Shown: piece after piece, positions 55,240-64,000 of the stretch
How the letters are laid out: each line of letters opens with the position of its first letter
Position numbering within the stretch: position 1 is the stretch's first letter
NCBI GenBank assembly: GCA_964016885.1
Contig: OZ024746.1
Span: forward strand, 76,136,001-76,200,000
DNA from: Eledone cirrhosa
Lineage: Eukaryota
Reading direction: 5' to 3'
Length of the DNA: 64,000 nucleotides
Translations under genes and position numbers: made by a program
Notes under the pieces: generated by a model
Database searches by the model: none
Seen by the model: only the letters and a program-made list of their open reading frames with translations
Told to the model about the DNA's origin: nothing

Positions 55240-55620
55240 AGTGTCGGTGGCTTGCGCCTACCGTTCCTTTCTAAATAGAGAGTGGGAAACAGAGATGGGG
55301 GAAGAGAGAGAGGTGGCCAGGAAGCCGGCTGCCTAAAGCAGAACTACTGCTCCAAGAGACCAGATGACACGAACAACACTGATAATATGATTGGTCGCTT
55401 CTTTCACGTTTTTCCTGGCCGCCATCAGCTGACACTGTTCACTGTCTTTTGTTCTAAACACGAAGAAAAAGAACAGCAAACAAGGTAGAAGAAAAAAAAG
55501 ATACTAAAAAGAAGAGATTATAGTTTAATGGAAAAGATGAATGAGAGGCGGTGAGAAAGATTTGAATTATTAATGATCTGGTTTGATAATTTGAATGAAG
55601 CCTGACTCATTGTAGCGAGT
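55240..55620 (-). promoter_or_regulatory. Putative fascin proximal promoter
   Basis: Repeat-free and relatively GC-rich. TATA-like TATTTAGAA (55277-55269), CCAAT (55394-55390), E-box CAGCTG (55426-55431), AP-1 TGACTCA (55603-55609). Motif matches only. Confidence 0.4.
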
Positions 55621-56581
55621 TGCGCTGCAAGTTGTCAGAAGGAAAAATGTTTTACAAAACTAAACAGCCCGAATAAAGTGCTAAGAAAAATTTTATTTCA
55701 CTAAACCTTCAGTAGTTTTCTTTGTGTGTAAACAAAATATTTATATGTATTAAATATGGTATTACATTAATATATCTCCTCACATAGATGTCAACATTGC
55801 TGTTTATCGTCTCTACTTAGTGTATGTGAATTGAATCACTGCGATGTCTGTGTGAGCGTGTATACCGTATAAAATTCTGATTCATGATATCTTTGTATGT
55901 ATTATACATATATATATATATATTAATGCAGACATAATTAATAATTGGTATATGGATGTACATACATGTAAACGTTACAAGCAGAGATAAAAGACCAGAC
56001 AAGAAAGAAGCCGCGTGTATATCATTGCACACCCACATTTTACATTCACGCTAATACTCTACTATATTACAGTATATTTAGTTTCGTCTTTCAGTCCCGA
56101 GATCAAATCCTACCATTTTCAATATAAATATCGGTAGATACTGAAGATCAATATTAATTGCCTATACTACTCTTACCATGCAGAAGAAATTGTTGTGTAC
56201 ATATATATATATATATATAACCCTACCCCCTCTCTCTCTCACTATATATATATATATAGAGAGAGAGAGAGATATATAGATAGACAGATAGTTAATTTAA
56301 TATATTTATATAATATATATATATATATATAATCATATATTTGTATGTATAGCGAGGGAGAAAGAAAGAGAGGTAAACATAATAGACACACACACTCGTA
56401 CACAAACCATATAACATAAACACTGATTTGTGATTGGAAAGAACAAATGCATTGACAATTTCGAATTACTGCATATAATGTTACACACATGCGTATGTGT
56501 ATGTTTGTTTCGTGAGTATACAGTATATATATATATGTACACATATGCATGTATGTGTGTGTGTGCGTGCGTGCATGTGTA

Positions 56582-56710
56582 CAGGGTAGACGAAATCTCG
56601 CGCTTCCATTTAAAAACTAAATACCTATTTTATGGATTCACTAAATGAAATTTTGTTTAATAATGAAATAATAGTTTTTCGACTACTACCGCGGCTTTTG
56701 TCCTACCGTG
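56582..56710. mobile_element. Degenerate Tc1/mariner-type MITE
   Basis: TA|CAGGGTAGACGAAATCTCGCG ... CGCGGCTTTTGTCCTACCGTG|TA. Confidence 0.5.
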
Positions 56711-57344
56711 TATGTATACACACACACACACACATATATATGTGTGTGTGTGTATGTATATACACACACACACATATATATGTGTGTGTGTTTGTCAGTG
56801 TTTATTGTATCGACAAATCATACTCTAAAATACATAGAGGAAGGCGCAGACATGGCTTTATGGTCACAGAGTACACCGCAACCATGTCGTTCTTGGTTCG
56901 ATCCCGTTGCGCAGCAACATGGGTAAATGTCTTCTAGTATAACCTAGGGTTGACTAAGGCTTTGTGAGTGGAATTTGGTGGATGGAAACAGCAGATGCTC
57001 GTCGTATATATATATGTGTGTGTGTCTGTGTGTATATATACATATATAGCCTCTGTCTAATGATTGAAATAAGTAAAATAATTCCTTTTCGATTCACATC
57101 TAGGAATATAATAAACTGACCCTAGTATGAAACTAGTACTTTATTTTATCGAACCTAGTTGAACGAAACGTTAAGTTGACTTCGGCGGGAGTTGAACCCG
57201 AAATGTAAAAGACCCTTAAATACCCTAAATACCGCCAGGTATTTTTTGTCTGACTAATGATTCTGCCAAGCTTCAGTTATTTTATCATAAACAAACAGTA
57301 ATCATAAACACACACACCTATAGTTCTCCCCCCCCCCTACCCAC

Positions 57345-57420
<76 letters not shown>

Positions 57421-57491
57421 AAATGAAGTAATTCGGTCGGAAAGATCCAGGAAAAAGAGTGCTCTATGTAGGTTACAGAGCTTATTAGTTA

Positions 57492-57551
57492 TTTCATTTA
57501 CCAGTGGTTTCTTGAAAGCAAACAAATTTGCTTTCAGTCATCAGAATGAAA
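57492..57551 (-). ncRNA. Type I hammerhead ribozyme motif
   Basis: uuucauu CUGAUGA c-ugaaagcaaa(uuug)uuugcuuuca-a GAA acca-c-uggu A | aaugaaa. 7-bp stem I, 10-bp stem II. Predicted cut 57499/57498. Confidence 0.85.
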
Positions 57552-58231
57552 AAATCCTGGTGTTTTTATTGAATCTATTCAATAAAAACACCAGGATTTT
57601 TTATGTAGAGAAAACCCAACGTACACAACTGTAACTGCACCTATCCTGACAACTGCCCCCTCGGCAATAACTGCCTGGAAAAAAATATTATTTATAAGTG
57701 TACCATTAAATCCGGAGGCAACGAGTGGTATTACGTGGGATCAACGGCAACATCGTTTAAATCTCGATTGTATAGGCATTCTTACTCAATAAAACACCAG
57801 AGCCAAAGAAATGTAACAACTTTAGCAGAAAAAGCTTGGACGCTCAGGGATAGCGACCAAAAGTTTACCCTAAAATGGGAAAAATTAGCTAAAACCCAAA
57901 GCTTTTCCAGGAGCCAAAATTTCTGCAAATTGTGTAATCTTGAGATTTATTACATAATCACACACAAGAAGAAACTGCTGAATAACAGAATTGAACGAAC
58001 ATTATTCTGCCGTCACAGAACTAAAACCCTTTTTTCCCACTACAAGCCGAATATTACATAAAAGAGGGACATCCCCCAACTATATCAACCTTAATCTAGT
58101 TAGAAAAATATAAAAACAATCTCTTCTCAACATATATTAATAACCTTAAATTACCATACTAATAATGAAAAGATATGCTGATGAGAATAGGTACAAATAT
58201 GCGATAATGAATGTGTCTAAAAACGTCCATA

Positions 58232-58715
58232 AGTATGTATATATATGTGAAAATGTATATAAATAAGTAAATATATATATATGTTTGATGTGTATAGTTA
58301 GATGTAAGTGTATTCATGTATTAAAGTGCTTATATATGTATGTGTGTGTATATGTATATGTATGTATATATGTATATATATATATATGTATGTGTGTGTA
58401 TATGTATATGTATATATATATGTATATGTATGTATATATATATATATGTATGTATATATGTGTATATGGATGTGTAAGTATGTGTATGTGTGTACACATG
58501 GACTAGAGTATGTATGTATATATGTGTGTGTCTATACGTGTGTATATAAAGATAAGTTGAGTATGAAAATGTATACACATGAGCGCGTATGTATGTACAT
58601 GAATACATGTGTGTATATATATGTGTATGCATGTGTATATATATGTAAGTATGAATATGTGAATTGTGAGTATATGTATTTTGTAGAGGTGTGCAAATAT
58701 ATTTGTGTGTGAATG
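58232..58715. repeat. Compound (TA/TG/TATG) low-complexity tract
   Basis: Directly visible. Source of the spurious Y/I/C/V ORFs. Confidence 0.9.
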
Positions 58716-59010
58716 CGTGGGTGAAAGGATACGTACACTTGAAAGAAAAATTTAAGTCTGAATGTTAATTAAGTGCAAACACAAAACCAACCACGCATAT
58801 CTTTACTATCTCTAATCCTTCTATAGATTTAGAAAAATAACCAGTAATATATTCTATAAAAAATGTCAAAACAACAGATGGGAATCTAATTACTCACTGC
58901 CACCAAGAATTCTCACTGCTATCGAAAAACCACTCCTTCAACTATTCTTCTAACAACTTCACCCCTCCCTCCTAATATTCTCTATAAAAACTAAATAGGT
59001 CCTCAGTAAT

Positions 59011-59129
59011 TTTATTCTGATGAAATGACAGTAAATAATAACATTGAAATATTGAATGTCTGCATAACTAAAAGTTTGTAGATAGCTGTTTTAGGTTATG
59101 TAACTGTTATAGAAACACGTGTCAATAAA
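59011..59129 (+). ncRNA. Type I hammerhead ribozyme motif with extended stem II
   Basis: uuuauu CUGAUGA a-augacag..(~70 nt)..cuguuau-a GAA acacgugu C | aauaaa. Palindromic stem III ACACGUGU, GUC triplet, predicted cut after 59123. Confidence 0.85.
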
Positions 59130-59275
59130 TTCCTTTCAACTAAACTGTATCCATTCAAATCTTTCTATTTTTCTCCGGATTACTTTTGGAACTACAACTG
59201 GAACCGTCGAGCAAACTCTACGTGAGCTGATAATCTACTGTGTGTAATATTTATATTACAACACAACGGAAAATA

Positions 59276-59336
<61 letters not shown>

Positions 59337-59493
59337 AAACGGGTATCGTTTAAGGTAATCCAAGTAGAGGTTATAAGTAATCTGTACCGTGGATGGTTCT
59401 TCGTTCGGCGTTGTTTGACTCGACAAGAAGTTTCCTTAGTTGTGGTGTTCGCGGGTGGCCGATTCAAGATAGTTCTTAGGTAAGCGGTTCCAG

Positions 59494-59703
59494 GAGTAAC
59501 ACGAATCAGCTATACAGTAGGGTTTATTCCAAATATTAACAAATGTTTCATTGGCCCGGTGTGTCTAAAAATCGCTATCTGTTGTGCTACATTGACAATC
59601 GATTTTTAGTATAGTTAACACCAGCCAAATTGTCAAAATACTCAACTGAAACATTTGTTAATACTTGGAATAAACCCTAACGTATAGCTAATCCGTGTTA
59701 TTC
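59494..59703. repeat. Diverged fold-back inverted repeat with 3' half-HHR (GAAACATTTGTT), abutting (TA)n
   Basis: 59494-59550 pairs with 59647-59703. Inner TTGGC..GGTGT..CTAAAAATCG pairs with CGATTTTTAG..ACACC.GCCAA. Confidence 0.85.
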
Positions 59704-59737
59704 TTCACTCCTTTATATATATATATATATATATTCA

Positions 59738-61060
59738 GGTGGCAGGACAAACCATGTAGGCCTCTGGAGCCGATGGACTTACCACAGCGACATCTCAACA
59801 TCTCAAGCCCACACGGAATGCAATGGAGATGCGGAGCTCGTCCTGACTGAGAAGACCACCAATGTTAGCCATAGACAGGGCATCAATCCAGTCACTGAGA
59901 ATTTTGTGCTTGCAGAAAGTAAGTGGTACCTAGAAAATTGATCAGAATGATCAAAGAGTGAGTTAAAAGTTTCGCTCGAACGCAGATTATCCCATACTCT
60001 CTACTTCCGTCTCTCCAGTATCGGGAACTGACAAACCCGGCTCTTTCCACAGTAGTAAAGCTTCATCCATTCCCTAGTTGAACTAGTCCATGTTGAAAAG
60101 GAAAGGATATCACTTACTAAAATGGAGCAAGTGTAGATGAGGGGAAAAAAGCAGGCTAGAGATAAAAGATAAGCATTTACGTAGATCGAGACCTCCAGAC
60201 TGTTTGGGCAAGGCAGTCTAGTCGCGGCATTCTGGAGAAAGTCAGACATTGAGCAAGCCCGCGAGCTCGTTGAATATCAAGTTGTCAAAGCGTTAGGGAA
60301 ACGACGGGAAATTATAAGAGGGACTAACTCTGAAGAAATACAACTTATGAATTTAGTTCGAAATTTTTTTAATTCGGAGCACCACGCTGATGAGGGAGGA
60401 ACTGCGATAGAGGGGAAGGACTCTGTAAACAGTTCAATAGTCTGCTGATATGGAGCTAGGTGGTTAAGGAGCCAGAACTCGTATTTGGAACTGTTGACGT
60501 GAAGACCCTTACGGCCCAATTCCTCAATCATTGTCTTCGTGGTTGCAAGGACTTTGTCTGGTGCCCCCCCCCCCCCCCCCCAAAAAAAAATAAGCATTAT
60601 CCATGTACCAGACATTCAAATCCAGGTCAACTCCCATTTTGGTAACGTCGTGAATGCCCAGTGCGAAAAGAATGGGTCGGCTTGTTGAACTCCAGTGGAA
60701 GATAGGATTAAATGGGCTCTGAAGGAGAAGGAGGAGTGCCCCCGATAGGCTTGTCAAGCAAAGTGGTAAATCTGAGGGGCTCTCTCCTGAACGAAGGATA
60801 ACATCCCGACTTATGGAATTGAAAGCATTCCTGAGATCTAGCTTGAGGATAACCTTGGGGGTTTCAGAAGGCAAGTTGGTAAATGCTCTGAGCGACAGCT
60901 TCACAATCCAGCTTGGAACCCACTCCTAGCTGAATAGTGGAAAATTCGGCGAACCTGTAGTCTGAAATTGAGGACGACATACTTTCGCAGTGGGCTGTCG
61001 CAGTGTGCACCCAACTGCTATGGAGCAGAGATCACTATGGGCCTTTATGAGGCCAAACAG
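59738..61060 (-). mobile_element. Decayed CRE-clade reverse transcriptase region
   Basis: KVILKLDLRNAFNSISRD..LFALGI..LNVWYMDNA (degenerate YxDD)..GLHVNSSKYE. Several frameshifts. Confidence 0.8.
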
Positions 61061-61211
61061 TTTAGCCCAAAAGAATAGGGATCATGCATACACATATATA
61101 TGTATGTATATATGTATCTATATCAGTGAGATTACTCTGTTCTACTCTTAGTTCCGCGAATATATATACATTACAGTTGAAAATTGCAAACTTGACTATC
61201 ACCACTGAATA

Positions 61212-61255
61212 TGAACCTGAAGATTGCGAAAGCATGAAAGTACAGTACTTGTTCA
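61212..61255 (+). ncRNA. Compact 44-nt type I hammerhead ribozyme motif
   Basis: ugaac CUGAAGA u-ugc(gaaa)gca-u GAA aguac-a-guacu U | guuca. Lies in a ~250-bp insert between TA-rich repeats. Confidence 0.85.
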
Positions 61256-61366
61256 ATTAACATTTAATAGTTAATATTCTACCATACTATTTCATTATAA
61301 TATCATTATAATTTTAAAGGATTGTAAATAAAACGAGTAAATCAGACAAAGTTGGAATTCCTTTTA

Positions 61367-61412
<46 letters not shown>

Positions 61413-63245
61413 TAACCCGTTTTGGGTTCAGGTAGAAAAAAAAATATATATTATATATTTTTTTTCTTTCGTGTTTTCCACGATTCTGACCTCCAAACCC
61501 ATCGAAGGGATGAGGGGGAGCAAAACTCGGAGATTTCATTACAATCTTTCGTGCGTTTTTATCGGTATGGCTTCGTATCAAATTTTTTAATGTTTTTTTA
61601 AAAATATGCTTCCCCCTCCGAAATCTGAAACACAAGTCATTTCCGATATGTTTGGAAGTCAGAATCATTGAAAACACACACGAGGAAAAAATAGCATACC
61701 CGAAGCTGAGACTGATGTTTACGTAAACCCCCCCCCCTTTTTTTTTGCCTTGATGAATAGACATAAGAAACATGCCGTAATGTGTCTTACAATTAAACCT
61801 CATGAATATATGTTTGCATTTGTAAATATACTTTAGTTGTTGAAGTGACGTCCGAACGAGTATCCTCTACCACCGATTAACTTGTCCTCCGCCTCTGGGT
61901 TCTGGCTGATAGGATGGAGAATGCCACAGAGGACGGCCAGGGAGACGTGCTGAAACAATCGCTCCATCTCACGATGTTTCCACCTGCTGGTGGGCGACCA
62001 ACTCCGACTCGATCCTTGTAAGAGTGATATGAGATAAAATGAATTCTTTATTGAATGACTGTCTCTTATTAATTGACTAATGTGTCTTGCACAAGGAAAC
62101 TAAACGCTGTGCGGTCCAGGAATCCACGAGCCGAACACTAAGTATTAAACCACAGGCAGTTATTATGGGGTGTAGGGAGGATACTAGGCAAAACAACATA
62201 CACAACCAAACTAGATTCAACTGGCAACCAAAACTCATACACTCAGCGCGTGTCCCCCACTAAAACATTTAGTTTAGGACATCTATTGGCCTTAAATACT
62301 ATCTGAAAAAAAGTTTCTTTTCACTCTCTTTGTATCTCTGAACCCCTCCTCTTTCTCCTGTACTGAAAAGGTTTCTTTTCCCTCTGACTGGGTGTCTCAG
62401 TCTATCTGTCTGTCGCTTTCTCTTTTTTTTTGTTTCTCTCTCATTCTCTCCACACCCCTTCTCTCTCTCTCTCTCTCTCTCTCACTCTCTCTCTCTCTAT
62501 ATATATCTATCTATCTATCTATCTATCTTTCCTGCAGATAATATGTATCTTTTGGCCTTTTGACCTTTCCTTAACAACTTGGTCTTTTGACTACGGATGT
62601 CAACAAGCAGGAGAATCGAATGACCTCGTTTAACGCTGGGGATGAAGTAAAATAGACAGCCAAGATAAAAACAGGAAAACAAGAATTTATAACAGTATAT
62701 TACCTCCTCTCTCTCTCTGCATGCACTAGTTAACAGTTCTTGTGTTTGTGTAATTTATGTTAGTAACAACGGAACTAAAGATATATTATAAATGTTTTAT
62801 TGATGTACACACATACACACATCATTGGACCTCCGTCGAACCCGACAACGAGTGCTGCAATTGTTCGTACAACCGAACAGCCTGTTCGTGAAATTAACGT
62901 AATAGTTGGTTGGGCATTTCATAGGCACGTGTGCCCTTAATGTAGTTTTCGAGCAACATGAAGGATAAGAACCACCGCACCACCACGAATCAAACTCACG
63001 ACTATAAGCTGAACTCCCTATTAACACTAAATCACGCGCCAACACACTTTACTGATTATTAAATGCCTGTTTTTGATAACATAAACTCTACGTATTATTT
63101 TGTTTTGTTTATTACCAAACCTTTGATGCTAGCATCATTCTACTCTTCAATCTTTTGCCAAGAAAGCTCTTAATGTTCTCTCACTCCATGCTTTGCATCC
63201 AATTCACTCTGCTCCACAAAATCCTAGCAAACGACGCCCCTCCCC

Positions 63246-63246
<1 letters not shown>

Positions 63247-63294
<48 letters not shown>

Positions 63295-63355
63295 GTATGT
63301 ATGTATGTATGTATGTATGTATGTATGTATGTATGTATGTATGTATGTATGTATG
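63247..63355. repeat. (CTAT)n(GTAT)n compound microsatellite
   Basis: Directly visible. Confidence 0.95.
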
Positions 63356-63583
63356 TTTTTCTGGTTTTATAATTTCACAAATTTTTCCCAATAGAGAGAG
63401 AGTCGGTTTCTAACATAGACACAAGACTCTCTCATTGGAATTTACACAACATCAACTAGGTAGATATGTATGTATGCATGCATGTGAAGATATGGATGTT
63501 ATTGTGTGTGTGAATGTGGATGTTTTGAGTTGTATGTGTGCATGTGTATATGCTTTGTATCTGTACATGTGTATATGCAGTTA

Positions 63584-64000
63584 TTAGATGCACATTTTTT
63601 GGAATGTTTTACATATTTTTACTGTTCCATTAATGGATTGTACTTGTAATTTCCTAACTAGTTGTGTTCTTTCTGTTCCTGTGAAGCCTAGCTTCTCAAG
63701 ATCTGTATTGAGGCAGTTACTAACATATCCCAGTGCCCCAATAATCACAGGCATAAATCTGAAGGTGTAATCAGGATGGAGTATCTGCATATTTCTCATC
63801 AGTTCTGCATAAATATTCTCCTTTTCACTAATCTTTGATGTTATATTGGCATCTGCTGGGCAGCTAATTTCCACTACTGTGCATGCTTTCTTCTCCCTGT
63901 CCCATATCATATAATCTGGTCTGTTATGCCTGCATTTTATTGGGGGGTTTTTATGGAACATTCCACCAGTACTCTTTCATATTATGTACATGGATGTCTT
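63584..64000 (-). mobile_element. 3' end of an RLE non-LTR retrotransposon (Dong/R4-like), continuing beyond the window
   Basis: HNRPDYMIWDREKKACTVVEISCPADANITSKISEKENIYAEL..PVIIGALG is a PD-(D/E)xK endonuclease C-terminus. Confidence 0.8.

Larger units (their letters stand above)
57421..59280 (+). mobile_element. 5'-truncated Penelope-like element with inverted 5' segment, GIY-YIG endonuclease remnant (57621-58061) and HHR-bearing 3' region
   Basis: Frame from 57621: HNCNCTYPDNCPLGNNCLEKNIIYKC..WYYVGSTATSFKSRLYRH..TTLA..W..CKLCNLE..LLNNRIE..CRH. 25-bp perfect inverted repeat 57549-57602 at the junction. TA/TG microsatellites at both ends. Confidence 0.85.

Noticed and set aside
58285-58738. 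Multiple Y/I/C/V/H-rich ORFs (also 12591-12957 and 56242-56937)
   Set aside because: Stop-poor TA/TG/CA repeats, not proteins.
61850-62130. GC-richer block resembling an LTR fragment
   Set aside because: No paired LTR, TG..CA ends or PBS could be supported.

Overview
AT-rich, microsatellite- and repeat-dense animal genomic DNA. The repeat landscape (tRNA-derived SINEs with (GAT)n tails, RTE, CRE, Dong/R4, Penelope, MITEs) suggests a cephalopod such as Octopus; this is an inference. The only host gene is a complete 4-exon fascin (singed/FSCN) on the minus strand: CDS exons 55035-54192, 29306-29150, 20062-19758 and 13299-13094 (1512 nt, 503 aa, all GT-AG), with a probable 3' UTR of about 3.3 kb. 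The most unusual signal is a set of type I hammerhead ribozyme (HHR) motifs found by eye. Five have intact CUGANGA/GAAA/NUH cores and several more are half or degenerate. Most sit in or beside long fold-back inverted repeats inserted in (TA)n microsatellites, and three flank a Penelope GIY-YIG endonuclease remnant. Two intact HHRs lie on the fascin pre-mRNA strand, each with its own antisense arm upstream, and an 81-bp fold-back lies in the putative 3' UTR. The fascin also has Gly (GGT) at the normally conserved PKC-regulated Ser39 position. All structures were paired manually and no folding or database search was run.
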